In this document: positions 25,557 to 36,352 of the stretch, in pieces
Position numbering within the stretch: position 1 is the first letter of the stretch
How the letters are laid out: the number at the start of each line of letters is the position of its first letter
Source: a virus
Length of the DNA stretch: 64,000 nucleotides
Strand: one strand, 5' to 3'
Virus record (IMG/VR): IMGVR_UViG_3300032246_001892
Span: 1-64,000 of that record
The notes under the pieces: generated by a model
Database searches by the model: none
What the model was told of the DNA's origin: nothing
Seen by the model: the letters and a program-made list of their open reading frames with translations, nothing else
Position numbers and translations under genes: made by a program

Positions 25557-26350
25557 TGGAAGATTTAATTAAATTAGAAAAGAGCTTTGACCATATTCTC
25601 TTTGTAGATAAAGATCATAGTTATCGCATTAACGGAGAAATTGCAAAATATTCAGTTACCAAACTTCTTAAAAAATATGAGAAGCCCTTTCCAAGAGATG
25701 AAATGGCTAAGCACGTTGCAAGAAAGAAAGGAATGCTTATAGAGGATATTCTACATGAATGGGATTATAAGAGAGATTATTCATCCCACAAAGGATCCGA
25801 ATTCCATTTATTTGCAGAGAATTATCTTCAGAGAAGACAAATGCCTTTGAATAAAAAAGCATTTATTTCTTTTTTAACGCAAGGATGTGATTACTATGAA
25901 GAATCTAAAATCGTTAAATATTATGAAGAGCAAGCACATCTTATCACCAATTTTATAAATTTTTATAATTGGTGGAAAGTTGATCACATCTTAGTTAAAC
26001 CTGAATTTGTGGTTGGGGATGATGAAGCTAGCGTCTGTGGAACAATTGATAATCTTTCATATAATATTAAAACAAAGAAATTTGTTATATTTGATTATAA
26101 AACTAATAAAGCAATTGATAAAAAAAATTCGAGAGGAGAATGTCTTCTTCCGCCTTTTAATTATTTGCCTTCTTGTGAGTTGTCCAAATATAGCTTACAG
26201 CTACATCTCTACAAACATATCATAGAAAAAAATACTGGTATGGCTGTTGAAGGGTGTTATATTGTATGGGTTAATGGTAAAGAGAATTATGAATTAATTG
26301 AATGTTTAGATCTAAGTAAAGAAGTCATTCAAATTCTAAAAGAAGCTTAA
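25556..26350 (+). CDS. PD-(D/E)XK exonuclease
   Basis: GSEFH..E..CGTID..IFDYKT..YSLQL. Confidence 0.85.
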   Translation: MEDLIKLEKSFDHILFVDKDHSYRINGEIAKYSVTKLLKKYEKPFPRDEMAKHVARKKGMLIEDILHEWDYKRDYSSHKGSEFHLFAENYLQRRQMPLNKKAFISFLTQGCDYYEESKIVKYYEEQAHLITNFINFYNWWKVDHILVKPEFVVGDDEASVCGTIDNLSYNIKTKKFVIFDYKTNKAIDKKNSRGECLLPPFNYLPSCELSKYSLQLHLYKHIIEKNTGMAVEGCYIVWVNGKENYELIECLDLSKEVIQILKEA

Positions 26351-26404
26351 ATATAAAAAAATATTTGAAATGGACACAGTGTAAGGTAAATATATTCACA
26401 TTAT

Positions 26405-27148
26405 ATGTCACTCATTAAATCATACCTCTCCGTATTGAACGAAGACACAAAGAAGCCCTCCGGAGTCGCTGCCGACAATACTGGGGAACTTGAAGGTGCA
26501 GAGAAAGCAAAGTCTTTCCCTAAGAGTACTGGTCCTGAATCAGTATCAACACCAGAACCAGTTGAAGGCCCTTCACAAGAAGACGTAAAGGCAGAGGAAT
26601 CTGCACCTAAGTCAGTGAAAGCCGAATCAACAAATCCTTTTGACGTACTTTATAGTAAAGTATTAGCCCAGGAAAATTGGGAATTGGAAGAAGAAGAGGA
26701 AGAAGCCAATGCTGAACACGGCAGTGAATTTGAATTTGCTGGTTTAGAGTCTCCTGAAGGTTCAGAAGAACATGAAGAAGCTGAGGAAGAGGGTTTAGAA
26801 GCCGTTTTAACACACCTCAAGAGTGCTGTTGAAGCCTTAGAGAGATTAGTATCCGGCGCCGAAGAGGAAGAGGGTGAAGAAGAAACCGAAGAAACCGAAG
26901 AGAGTTCAGTTCCTATGTCCGAAGAGGGTGTAGAGATCGAAGAGCTTAAGGGTACAGAAGACCTTTCAGACAAGAGCAAACAAGAAGTAAAGGGTGCAGT
27001 ACCTGTTTCTAAAGGTGCAGCAACAGTCGTTAAAGGACACGAAGTAAACGGAAAGCCAACAGAGCTTAAGGGAACAGAAAGCCTTGATGATAAGAAAAAG
27101 CAGAACGTAGGTGGAGTGAAGACAGGTAAGTTCTCATTTGACCAATAA
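26405..27148 (+). CDS. Highly acidic late protein (prohead core/scaffold-like)
   Basis: Glu-rich; internal ELKGTE repeat; TAAATA motif upstream. Confidence 0.55.
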   Translation: MSLIKSYLSVLNEDTKKPSGVAADNTGELEGAEKAKSFPKSTGPESVSTPEPVEGPSQEDVKAEESAPKSVKAESTNPFDVLYSKVLAQENWELEEEEEEANAEHGSEFEFAGLESPEGSEEHEEAEEEGLEAVLTHLKSAVEALERLVSGAEEEEGEEETEETEESSVPMSEEGVEIEELKGTEDLSDKSKQEVKGAVPVSKGAATVVKGHEVNGKPTELKGTESLDDKKKQNVGGVKTGKFSFDQ

Positions 27149-27164
27149 TATAAAATATTAAATC

Positions 27165-27198
27165 AAAAAACTCCGTCCACAAGACGGAGTTTTTTTTT
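27165..27198 (+). terminator. Intrinsic terminator
   Basis: aaaaaactccgtc-cacaa-gacggag-T9. Confidence 0.9.
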
Positions 27199-27223
27199 AC
27201 CCAAATTCCCTAAGTATCTTTAC

Positions 27224-27559
27224 ATGGAAAGCTTTTCTTCATTTTTTAAAACCTCTACGCCTCATACTAGAGAGCATCAACAGAACCCTATGAGGTCTAT
27301 GAATAGAAAGCATTTAAATCAAGTTCCTTATTCGAAGGGTCAACAAGCCAATGACCCAATGGTAGATAGAATTGTAAAGAATAATAAGTTTGGCAAGTGG
27401 CCTAATGTTGGTACATCTACAGGTTTAAGGTTAGCTAAAACATATCATATAACCCATACACCTGATAAAGCCTATTCAAAATCTCTTAATAGAACTGGTA
27501 TAACTTTAAGTTACAATCCTCAGACTAAGAAATTTAGTTTAGAGAGGTTAAAAAAATAA
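27224..27559 (+). CDS. Basic hypothetical late protein
   Basis: TAAGTA 7 nt before ATG. Confidence 0.7.
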   Translation: MESFSSFFKTSTPHTREHQQNPMRSMNRKHLNQVPYSKGQQANDPMVDRIVKNNKFGKWPNVGTSTGLRLAKTYHITHTPDKAYSKSLNRTGITLSYNPQTKKFSLERLKK

Positions 27560-27560
27560 T

Positions 27561-28190
27561 ATGGAAACTTTAAGATTTTTAAATAAACAAGTCAATCTAA
27601 ACGAAAGACAAAATTTTAATGGTTGGTGGAAAGAACAAATTAGTATTAATGGACAAGAAATTGCTTATTATGCAAATACTACAACATTATCTGGTTCAAG
27701 TTTTCTTTACGGTGAAGATACGGGAGCAGGTTTTCAATCACCACAGAATTTAATTGTATTATTAAATCTTAATAATGAATCTATATTGCTATCTAAATTT
27801 GGTATTATAGCAGATAGCGATCTTTCAGGTGTTATACACTATGAACATTATACAGAGGTCTATGGATTATCATCTGAGCCAAAAGCCGGTGATGTTATGT
27901 CTTTAACAGAATTTGGTTCAGACCGTTTAAATTATCCTCGCAGAGGTCCTAATAGCTTTCAAATTACAGAAGTCATTGATGAATTTCAAGGCAATCCTTT
28001 AGGAGGTCACTATGTCTGGTTTTTCAAGGCTAAGAGATATGATTATAGCTTTGAGACTAATGGACCAGGTGCTGGTGTCGGTAATACTGCTCTAGATGAT
28101 AATGCAGCTGCCGATGCCGCTGGTATTAAAAACTTTGATTATCTTTTAGACAATCCTTGTAGTGATACCAGCGTATACGGCGGTTATTAA
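27561..28190 (+). CDS. Neck/head-completion protein (T4 gp14-like)
   Basis: LYGED..LSKFGI..EPKAGD..FQITEV..YVW..KRYDYS pattern. Confidence 0.6.
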   Translation: METLRFLNKQVNLNERQNFNGWWKEQISINGQEIAYYANTTTLSGSSFLYGEDTGAGFQSPQNLIVLLNLNNESILLSKFGIIADSDLSGVIHYEHYTEVYGLSSEPKAGDVMSLTEFGSDRLNYPRRGPNSFQITEVIDEFQGNPLGGHYVWFFKAKRYDYSFETNGPGAGVGNTALDDNAAADAAGIKNFDYLLDNPCSDTSVYGGY

Positions 28191-28528
28191 CCAATAACCT
28201 CAGCGTAAGATTCGTCTAAACTTTTAGCAGTATCTTCTGAATAACATACTTTAATTCTATACTGTTCTTCAAGAATTTTCATTAGAATAATGTTCTCAGT
28301 AGACTCCATATATTTGTGAATAGCTAGAGGTTTAAACTCAACCTTCTCGATAGGTATTCCTCTCTCTTCTGCTTTATCAGCAATAATATTAACTGCTTCA
28401 TAAAGAGCAATCCAACGGGATAGAGTAGAAGCATCTTGATGAGTCTTATCCCACCAAGCCAATGGGCTTTGCATAGGTCCTAGATCAGAGGTAGGGTTCT
28501 TTTCTTTTTTACGTGTTTGTGTTGTCAT
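28187..28528 (-). CDS. Hypothetical protein
   Basis: ORF in a minus-strand run. Confidence 0.7.
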   Translation of the reverse strand: MTTQTRKKEKNPTSDLGPMQSPLAWWDKTHQDASTLSRWIALYEAVNIIADKAEERGIPIEKVEFKPLAIHKYMESTENIILMKILEEQYRIKVCYSEDTAKSLDESYAEVIG

Positions 28529-28532
28529 ATTA

Positions 28533-28964
28533 TTATCCTTCGATGATTGCTGGAGGAGTGGGAAGAGAAGGTTCTGATACTGTAATAGGATCTGTAACTC
28601 TTGCCACCGTGAAATTCATTGTAACTACATTTTTACCACTGCAATGATCACATAAAAATTCTATGCGTTCATTTTGATCTGGTATAAAGGTAATCACATT
28701 AGGCTTTTGACAGAATGCACATAATAGAATACTAGAGAGTTGTTCTAGCTTGTCCAACTCTTTAAGTTTGGTCTTCTGTGCAAAGTAACTGTTAATGACG
28801 TAAGCCAAGAATGTAAACAGTATATACTGCACACAAACCGCTAATGTAAATGCTACTAGGAAACTATTTCCTGCTAATTTGGATGTTAACCCGATAACAG
28901 ACGAGATAAACAGGACTATTAAAGTGGACTTGATAAATGACAATGTATTTTTATTAATCTTCAT
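28533..28964 (-). CDS. Membrane protein with Zn ribbon
   Basis: Two TMs, CAFC..CDHC. Confidence 0.7.
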   Translation of the reverse strand: MKINKNTLSFIKSTLIVLFISSVIGLTSKLAGNSFLVAFTLAVCVQYILFTFLAYVINSYFAQKTKLKELDKLEQLSSILLCAFCQKPNVITFIPDQNERIEFLCDHCSGKNVVTMNFTVARVTDPITVSEPSLPTPPAIIEG

Positions 28965-29006
28965 AAGGAAGATATTGTATCAAAATACAGGGAACGTCAA
29001 GTTAAA

Positions 29007-29450
29007 TTATCCTTCGCCTGGTGATTGTGGGGGTAGGGGTCCTGCTAAGTCTGCAACTGATAAAAGTTTTTCGCCTATAGTTTTAATATACTCAAGAGTT
29101 TTTTGTGTTACTTGAGTAAGGTGTTCTATTTGAATTTTCTGATTTTTTGAAATAGAAGGATTTTGATCAACACATGTTTTCATCTTGTTATGTGCAGCTA
29201 CGAGATAAACAAAACTATCTCTTATATCATCCGATACTGTTTGAAGAGGCCAGGGAAGATCCGCAGTCTGATATGGCTGCGGTTCTGACGGAGGATATAC
29301 TGGAGGTGCATTATGCTGATAGGGAAAATTATACCCGTCCTTAGTACTGAATCCGACAAAGTCTTTACGAGGCTCTTCGCTAGTTGCTCCATAATGAGCA
29401 TTATTCCAAATATCGCCTACTGCCTCGCTTAATACTTTGTCCAAATTCAT
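29007..29450 (-). CDS. Hypothetical protein
   Basis: 147-aa ORF. Confidence 0.7.
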   Translation of the reverse strand: MNLDKVLSEAVGDIWNNAHYGATSEEPRKDFVGFSTKDGYNFPYQHNAPPVYPPSEPQPYQTADLPWPLQTVSDDIRDSFVYLVAAHNKMKTCVDQNPSISKNQKIQIEHLTQVTQKTLEYIKTIGEKLLSVADLAGPLPPQSPGEG

Positions 29451-29451
29451 A

Positions 29452-29634
29452 TTAAGAAGGTCTTCCTTGTCTTACAAGATTACCACATCGACCACATTGC
29501 CAACGGATTGTCTTTTCTACTTTCTTGGATCTAGGATCCATACTTTCTGCCACTCTCCCTTGTACATGTGCACCACAAAAGGTACATGCTATAGGAGTAT
29601 TTGACAGAGTTTGATATTCTGGTTTATTGTTCAT
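29452..29634 (-). CDS. Small Zn-ribbon protein
   Basis: CTFC..CGRC. Confidence 0.7.
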   Translation of the reverse strand: MNNKPEYQTLSNTPIACTFCGAHVQGRVAESMDPRSKKVEKTIRWQCGRCGNLVRQGRPS

Positions 29635-29645
29635 ATTAGATATAT

Positions 29646-30479
29646 TTACTTAGTTTCGCTTGGTTTCCAAGTGTTTTGATCATGTTTATGTTGGTCTTGG
29701 ATATATAATTCTTTAAACTTGTGTGTAATGAACTTACAAAGTTCTGAACGAACAATATCTTCTTCGCCTAATTCCATACAGAATATACCTTGAGCCTTTG
29801 CTTCATCATTATTAAAAAGATTGTACACCTTATCAAAACCAGACTTTCCAAAAGGAAGATCACTTTGTTCAGGGTCACCACAAAGGAATACTTTAGAAAA
29901 TTCTCCAATACGACTCATAATAGTATGAATCTCTCTTTTGGAGAAATTTTGAATTTCATCTGCACATACAAACTTTGCAGAGAAGTGGAGACCTCTTGCG
30001 AAGTTGATAGGACAAATAGTTAATCTGTTATCCTTCTCTAATCTGTCAAGAGTGGGTTTTGATAACAACTCTGAAAATTTATCATGGAAGGGGGTGAGAT
30101 ATACACCAAACTTTTCTGCTATGTCACCTGACAGGAATCCTAGTTTTGAATCTGAAGATTCAACTGCTGATCTAACCAATACTAAATCAGAAATTCTTCT
30201 CATATTGAGAAGTGTTAATCCACAATACATTGCTAAGGTAGTTTTAGAGGTTCCTGCCGGACCCTTTAAAAACAATACTTTAGTGCCTTTGTCCAAAAAC
30301 AGTTTAATGATTTGTTTTTGTTTATCTGTCCAAGGTAAATCCTTAACAGATAAATCAAAGGATATTTTATCCCTTTGAAAAACATAAGGTGAATTGTCTT
30401 CCGACTTTTTAGGGTCAGAAATATTGTTAGTGGAAACAAGTGGTTTCACTTGTTTTTTAACGCGGGGTTTTTTTCCCAT
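29646..30479 (-). CDS. phoH: PhoH-family ATPase
   Basis: GPAGTSKT, LGFLSGD, ARG, DEIQN, SRIG, GDPEQSD, DIVRS. Confidence 0.93.
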   Translation of the reverse strand: MGKKPRVKKQVKPLVSTNNISDPKKSEDNSPYVFQRDKISFDLSVKDLPWTDKQKQIIKLFLDKGTKVLFLKGPAGTSKTTLAMYCGLTLLNMRRISDLVLVRSAVESSDSKLGFLSGDIAEKFGVYLTPFHDKFSELLSKPTLDRLEKDNRLTICPINFARGLHFSAKFVCADEIQNFSKREIHTIMSRIGEFSKVFLCGDPEQSDLPFGKSGFDKVYNLFNNDEAKAQGIFCMELGEEDIVRSELCKFITHKFKELYIQDQHKHDQNTWKPSETK

Positions 30480-30491
30480 ATGTAATTGTAT

Positions 30492-30899
30492 TTAGACTAC
30501 TGCCCCTGGAACTGTTGTAGGAATTTTAGGTGCTGTAGCATTTTGTGTTGGAGTTGAAGGGGTTACTGTGCTAGCAGGTGTTTTTGGTTCTTCTGCTGCT
30601 GCCGTTTCTGGTTTCTGAATAGGTACTCCAGCTTTAATTAATAAATCCATAGCTTTGGATTTGGTATTATCATCAAGGTCTGCAAATTTAGAAGGAGTTT
30701 TGTCATTTAATATATCTGCCATTTTAACTAAGATATCATGATTAGCACCTGATTGTGTTCCAATTTTATTAAGTGTTGTGTTTAATATTGATTGAACATT
30801 TGCTGGTGATGATTTAATAGCATTTTGTACTAGTGATAAAGCCGGATTGCTTACAGCAACTTCAGCCTCTTTTAATATTTGATCGAACTTTGACATCAC
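30492..30899 (-). CDS. Hypothetical late protein (possible internal head protein)
   Basis: MSKFDQILKEA N-terminus; Pro/Thr-rich tail; TAAATA upstream. Confidence 0.6.
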   Translation of the reverse strand: MMSKFDQILKEAEVAVSNPALSLVQNAIKSSPANVQSILNTTLNKIGTQSGANHDILVKMADILNDKTPSKFADLDDNTKSKAMDLLIKAGVPIQKPETAAAEEPKTPASTVTPSTPTQNATAPKIPTTVPGAVV

Positions 30900-30981
30900 T
30901 ATTATTTACTATAATTCTTGTGTTTTTCAAAAAAAATATTAAAACGTGCCAAACAAAGGATAAATAATCACATAAAATTAT

Positions 30982-33186
30982 ATGTCTACTTTAACCTTAG
31001 CATCACCCGGTGTACAAATTAATGAAGTCGATCTGAGTCTTTTAGCCAAGACTTCAGGTCAAACAAACGTTTTCGTTACAGGATTCGCCGATAAGGGCCC
31101 TACAGATGAAATCGTCAACGTCGGAAGCATTTCAGAATATGAAGATGTTTTTGGAACCCCTACCAACGCAGCTGAAAGATATCTTTATCAATCTGCCCGC
31201 CAGGTATTAACTCAATCAAACGGCAATCTGTTAGTAACAAGAATGCCTTACGGTTCCGGTTCAGGTGCAGGTTTCTCAAATACATATAGTGCATTGGTAT
31301 ATGGCATATCAGCAAACGCAGCCAATTACTCAGATGCAACTTCATATACAATCTTAGAGCCACAATCCATTCTTCTTTCAGAGGACCAATACACATCCTT
31401 ATTATCAAATGATGTTACATGGAGCACAGGTTTCAATAGTGCTTCTGCTAATATCACAGACGCGTCTGGTATCGGAAGAGCTGGTTTAGTTGTTGTCAAT
31501 CCTTCAAAACTTTCTGTTAATAATCTTTTCGAAGGATATTATATTGGTATAGCGGATAATTCAAATAATAACCCAGCAACTGATTTCAATGCCATAACAG
31601 GTATTAAATCAGCTAACACAGTAGTAAACGGTTCTTATCAAACATTTGCAACTGTTCCACAATCAAGACTCAACTTCAGCTTGACTCAAGCTTATTCAGC
31701 TGCTGGAACAAGTATCTCAGAGGTAGTGGAGAAATTCCCAACCTCATATGATTTCGGTTCAAGTTCATTCAATGATTGCCTTACCCTTACAGTATTCAAG
31801 ATTCGTTCTTCTATATATGCACAGGACACAATCGTATTGGATTATGTAACACAAGAAGGTTATACAGGTTCATTGTATTCTCTCAGAACACAAAACAACC
31901 CAAGTGGTGGAGCACCTGTTACATTCAATTTAGATGCAGTAGCTAATCAACGTTCTAATAACGTAAAGGTTATCACAAACCCGTACATAGCCAATACAGG
32001 TAACTGGATTGGATCTAATGGTGTGCCTCTCAAGACTGTAAGAGTCTCTAATGCAGCCAAGAATCTTTATTCAGAGGGTGTTTATATCTCTGATACAAAT
32101 GACGCCGCTAAGGACGTTGGTAACGTTCCACAAAAATTACAACGCATTTTAAATAATGTTGATGTTCTTGATGTTTCGTTAGACGTTACAGCAGAAGCCG
32201 GTTTAGGAACAATATGGGCAAGTGCCAAGGCTCGTTGGTCAGATCCTGTATATGGAAATAGTTCAACCGGACAACCTTATGTGTATGATGAATCTTACAC
32301 AATAGATCTTACAGGTCTTAAGAATCAAAGTACAGGATCAAGCGATTCAGTAGCTCTTAATTATAATTCAGTAGCATCCCAATTCGTTGCGTTTGCAGAA
32401 CAGACTCGTAAAGATCATGTATTCTTAGCTGATCCGTTAAAGGGTATCTTTGTATCTGGTAAAGACATAAAGGTGTCTAAGGGTACTGGATATGTGTTCT
32501 CTTCAGATGTATATTGGACCATCAAGAATCTTTACGCTTCTTCGATCTCAAGTTACACTGCAGTTTACGGCAACTGGCTTAAGATTAATGATACAGCATC
32601 AAACTCACAAGTATGGGTACCTGCTTCTGGATGGGCTGCAGCAGTCTTTGCACAAAGTGCACAGACATCATTCCCATGGTCAGCACCTGCTGGCTTCAAC
32701 AGAGGGGCTCTTACAAACGTTCTTGATTTGGCTATTAACCCAACTCAAAAGCAAAGAGATCTTCTCTACAGAATAAACATTAACCCAATTGCCTTCTTCC
32801 CTGGTGATGGATATGTGATATATGGACAAAAGACACTCTTCACAAAGCCTTCAGCTTTTGATAGAATCAATGTTCGTAGACTTTTCCTAACATTAGAAAA
32901 GAGTACACAGTCTCTCTTAAAGTACTTCGTGTTTGAACCAAATTCATTCACAACAAGAACTCGATTGGTGAACTCCCTCACACCTATCTTTAATCAAGCC
33001 AAAAACAATAACGGCTTATATGATTATAAGATTGTTTGCGATGAGAGAAACAATACACCAGATGTAATTGATGCAAATCAATTGAAGGTTTCAATTTATA
33101 TCCAACCCGTAAGAACCTCAGAATTCATTTTAGCCGACTTCATTGCTACGCAAACAGGAGTCAACTTTAGTGAGTTGATTGGTTAA
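30982..33186 (+). CDS. Contractile tail sheath protein (T4 gp18-like)
   Basis: SPGVQINEVD, PWSAPAGFNRG, GQKTL..SAFDRINVRRLF, FEPN. Confidence 0.96.
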   Translation: MSTLTLASPGVQINEVDLSLLAKTSGQTNVFVTGFADKGPTDEIVNVGSISEYEDVFGTPTNAAERYLYQSARQVLTQSNGNLLVTRMPYGSGSGAGFSNTYSALVYGISANAANYSDATSYTILEPQSILLSEDQYTSLLSNDVTWSTGFNSASANITDASGIGRAGLVVVNPSKLSVNNLFEGYYIGIADNSNNNPATDFNAITGIKSANTVVNGSYQTFATVPQSRLNFSLTQAYSAAGTSISEVVEKFPTSYDFGSSSFNDCLTLTVFKIRSSIYAQDTIVLDYVTQEGYTGSLYSLRTQNNPSGGAPVTFNLDAVANQRSNNVKVITNPYIANTGNWIGSNGVPLKTVRVSNAAKNLYSEGVYISDTNDAAKDVGNVPQKLQRILNNVDVLDVSLDVTAEAGLGTIWASAKARWSDPVYGNSSTGQPYVYDESYTIDLTGLKNQSTGSSDSVALNYNSVASQFVAFAEQTRKDHVFLADPLKGIFVSGKDIKVSKGTGYVFSSDVYWTIKNLYASSISSYTAVYGNWLKINDTASNSQVWVPASGWAAAVFAQSAQTSFPWSAPAGFNRGALTNVLDLAINPTQKQRDLLYRININPIAFFPGDGYVIYGQKTLFTKPSAFDRINVRRLFLTLEKSTQSLLKYFVFEPNSFTTRTRLVNSLTPIFNQAKNNNGLYDYKIVCDERNNTPDVIDANQLKVSIYIQPVRTSEFILADFIATQTGVNFSELIG

Positions 33187-33206
33187 TACAAGGATAAATA
33201 TAGTAT

Positions 33207-33749
33207 ATGCCCAACTTATTCCAAAACCAAGACATTAATAATTTCTATCAGAATGCGTTCAATAGAGATTTCGCAAGAACAAATCTATTCAGAATTCTGA
33301 ATATTAATTCTGGAGCAACAAACATTAACTTTGATGAATCAGATTTAGTTTATGTTACTTCAACAACCTTACCTCAGCGTGCCATTAACAATGTACAGGT
33401 TCCTTTCATGGGAATGCAGTTCAATGTTCCTGGTACAGCCAACTATCCTAATAGTGCTGGTTGGAATGTAACATTCAGAATGCCTCAGGATCTTGGAATT
33501 AGAGCTAAGCTTGAAGCCTGGTCAAGAGGCACATTTGATGACCAGACAAGTACTGGAGCATATGAAGTTAAGAATCTCGGTACTGTAACTTTAGCCCTTA
33601 TGGGTAAGAATGGTAATCCATTATCAATCTACACATTGGTAGGTGCTTATTGTACAAATATCGGTGATTACGCATTAGATATCACACAGGCCGGTGAGAT
33701 TGTCACACAGCCTGCTACTATCGCTTACCAATTCTGGGTAAACGAATAA
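33207..33749 (+). CDS. Tail tube protein (T4 gp19-like)
   Basis: ARTNLF..TLP..VPFMG..PG..W.VTF..YQFW; follows the sheath gene. Confidence 0.85.
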   Translation: MPNLFQNQDINNFYQNAFNRDFARTNLFRILNINSGATNINFDESDLVYVTSTTLPQRAINNVQVPFMGMQFNVPGTANYPNSAGWNVTFRMPQDLGIRAKLEAWSRGTFDDQTSTGAYEVKNLGTVTLALMGKNGNPLSIYTLVGAYCTNIGDYALDITQAGEIVTQPATIAYQFWVNE

Positions 33750-33784
33750 TAGACAAACTTTGAGTATCTAGATAAATATTCTAT

Positions 33785-34486
33785 ATGGCATCAAGTCCCT
33801 ATAGGTTTTATCTAGATATTTTAAGTAATTGGTCTTCAACTATTGCTCTTGAGAGTCAATGGTTCATGTATTTTAATCTAGACTCCGTCAATGCTTTAAA
33901 AGGAGATTTAGGTAGTGCTGTAAGAAATTATGATTCTGGTAATTCAGCAGCTTGGTCGATCGGAAGTAATATAGTTAGTCAATTAACTAAGACAGAGTAT
34001 CAACTCACAACAGAAAGTTTAATAGGTTGTGTATTCGCAAGACAGATTACTCTGCCAGGTGAAACTATAGGAACTTCTAACGAAGGTGTTGATTATGCAG
34101 GTTATTTAGGACCTGCAACATCCTCTAATAGAGACACTTATAAAAAACTTTCAATAGTCTTTACAGAAACAAATGCTTCGTTCATAGATTTAATTTTAAG
34201 ACCCTGGTCTATATTGGTTGGATACAATGGTTTAATAGCGAGGCAACCTGGATCGCCTAAAAATGTAAAGTGTGATTACGCAGATATAGTCTTTTTAGCC
34301 AAGACCGGAGCCAATAGTCCAATGGCTAAACGTAAAATATTTAGATTCTATAATATTGTGCCTTCTATAGTTCCTGGCATGTCACAAACATACGCATCAG
34401 AAGGTATGATATATGGAGCAGTTGATTTTGCTTATGACTATTACAGTGTATTAGAAGCTGATTCTCCCACATTCGCCAATCAATAA
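33785..34486 (+). CDS. Tail-tube-like baseplate/tube initiator protein (gp54-like)
   Basis: Tube-fold pattern ITLPGE..FTET..FYN..P..VDFAYDYY; position. Confidence 0.55.
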   Translation: MASSPYRFYLDILSNWSSTIALESQWFMYFNLDSVNALKGDLGSAVRNYDSGNSAAWSIGSNIVSQLTKTEYQLTTESLIGCVFARQITLPGETIGTSNEGVDYAGYLGPATSSNRDTYKKLSIVFTETNASFIDLILRPWSILVGYNGLIARQPGSPKNVKCDYADIVFLAKTGANSPMAKRKIFRFYNIVPSIVPGMSQTYASEGMIYGAVDFAYDYYSVLEADSPTFANQ

Positions 34487-34521
34487 TTGATTTAATCGAT
34501 TATTAAACTAATATATTAGTA

Positions 34522-35484
34522 ATGTCTTATTATCTACATAATGTAGAAATGCCTTTTTGTGGTAAAAATATTTGTTTTAGAGAAATAAAATCTAAAGAAC
34601 AATTAGCTCTTGCCAAGGCTAACTTTTCAATTCCATCTGAGAATGGTGAACCTAAATTATACACCTCTTTCTTAAAGAAGATAATTTTTGATTGTGTTGA
34701 GAATAAAGAAGATTTAAAAGATTTGAATCTTATAGAGTATATATTATTTGCCACTAAATTAAGAATGGTTTCTTTCGGTTCTAGTTTGGAATTACAACTC
34801 AATCAAGAAAATGAAGAAAACGGGATTAAGACAGCTAAAATAGTACTGGATTTAAATTTCTTTTTGAGGAATTTGTATGATGCTTCTTCTAATTTATTAT
34901 CCCATCGTATAGAGATGGAAGGGATGAATATATTACTATCTTGGCCAGATCAAGCGTCTGAAAATTATTTTCTTGGTTTGGGTTCTATTAAATCCATTAC
35001 AGAGTCCCTACCTTATTTTATAAAGTCTATAAAAATAAAAGATAATATTATAGACTTATGGTCTTTCTCTTTTGAAGAAAGAGAAGATATATTCAATAAT
35101 TTACCAATTTCAATTAGAGTAAAGGTACAAACAGAGTTATTAAAAGCTCTAGAACACCAAGCATCGTGTGATTTATTTGGTGTTAAACAATTATCTGATT
35201 ATAGGTTTAGTTTTTTTAATAAGACCTATGTAGAGATTTTAAGACTTTTTTTCACCTTTGATTTAAAGAGTATATATAGGGAATATTATGTTCTAGGTAC
35301 TAAAAAAATGGATTTAAATTTTGTTGATGAAATGACGACTACGGAGAGAAAGGTTTATCTATCCTATGTAGAGGAAGAGAGGGCAAGTAGAGAAACTCCT
35401 AATAATCAAAGTAATAATATACCGATAGGTGGTAATACTTTAGAAAGTTTAGCTCGTGAATTTGGTGATTCTATGCCTAATTAA
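34522..35484 (+). CDS. Baseplate hub assembly/chaperone protein (gp26/gp51-like)
   Basis: FREI.SKEQ..LRMVSFG..EMTTTERKVY; position. Confidence 0.5.
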   Translation: MSYYLHNVEMPFCGKNICFREIKSKEQLALAKANFSIPSENGEPKLYTSFLKKIIFDCVENKEDLKDLNLIEYILFATKLRMVSFGSSLELQLNQENEENGIKTAKIVLDLNFFLRNLYDASSNLLSHRIEMEGMNILLSWPDQASENYFLGLGSIKSITESLPYFIKSIKIKDNIIDLWSFSFEEREDIFNNLPISIRVKVQTELLKALEHQASCDLFGVKQLSDYRFSFFNKTYVEILRLFFTFDLKSIYREYYVLGTKKMDLNFVDEMTTTERKVYLSYVEEERASRETPNNQSNNIPIGGNTLESLAREFGDSMPN

Positions 35485-35489
35485 ATTAT

Positions 35490-36317
35490 ATGTCAGAAGA
35501 TACTACAGAAGTTAATCCCCCAGCTTTATCATTTAAAGATGCTCTTAATGCATTGGATACGGTTTCGAAAGATTCATTTATCAGCGAGGTCTGGATACCT
35601 TCTTTGAATAGAAGTGTTACTGTTAAAGAAATTAATGCTAGACAACAAAAGAATTTGTTAGAAGCAGCTATAGATTCTTCAGTTTATAAGACCACCTTTT
35701 CAAAAGCTTTTTATGATATAATAATATCCAATATTTCAGAGCCTAGAGAAGTATTGGATTCATTAACTATTGCAGACAAGATTGCCATTGCAGTTGCATT
35801 AAGATCACAAATTTCTCCTACTATTAAAGTAGAGTTTGAAGACAGTGATATCACAGAAGATATCTCATTAAAAACCATTACAGATAAAATCAAGCATTAT
35901 GTTACACCACCAGAGGAATCTTTTGAGGTAGTTAAAAATGGTGTTTCTATTTCTGTAAATGTCATTCTACCTACTATTCATTCTGAGGTTCAATTTGATA
36001 CTTTCTTATTAAAGAATAAGAAAAAGACTGATGATACAGAAGAAGTTAAGACCATTATTACAGATGCTTTCTTAGGAGAGACATCAAAGTATATAAAGAA
36101 TGTATCTATCGACGGGGGAGATTTAAATTATTCATCCTTTTCAATTCATCAAAAAATTCAGTTTGTAGAAAAATTACCAGCTGCAGTTATACAAAAGATT
36201 CTTGATATTGTCGCTAAATGGAAGAAAGAATTGGAAGCCGTAATAACAATAAAGGCTTCAACTGGTGATTATACAAAATTATTAGAAGTTGATAGTTTAT
36301 TGTTTTTAACTAATTGA
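35490..36317 (+). CDS. Baseplate hub protein (gp26-like)
   Basis: WIPSL..V.VKEINARQQK.LL..LR pattern; position. Confidence 0.5.
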   Translation: MSEDTTEVNPPALSFKDALNALDTVSKDSFISEVWIPSLNRSVTVKEINARQQKNLLEAAIDSSVYKTTFSKAFYDIIISNISEPREVLDSLTIADKIAIAVALRSQISPTIKVEFEDSDITEDISLKTITDKIKHYVTPPEESFEVVKNGVSISVNVILPTIHSEVQFDTFLLKNKKKTDDTEEVKTIITDAFLGETSKYIKNVSIDGGDLNYSSFSIHQKIQFVEKLPAAVIQKILDIVAKWKKELEAVITIKASTGDYTKLLEVDSLLFLTN

Positions 36318-36352
36318 GGTTAGGTTTCGGCTATAGAGTCTAAGTATTCTAT

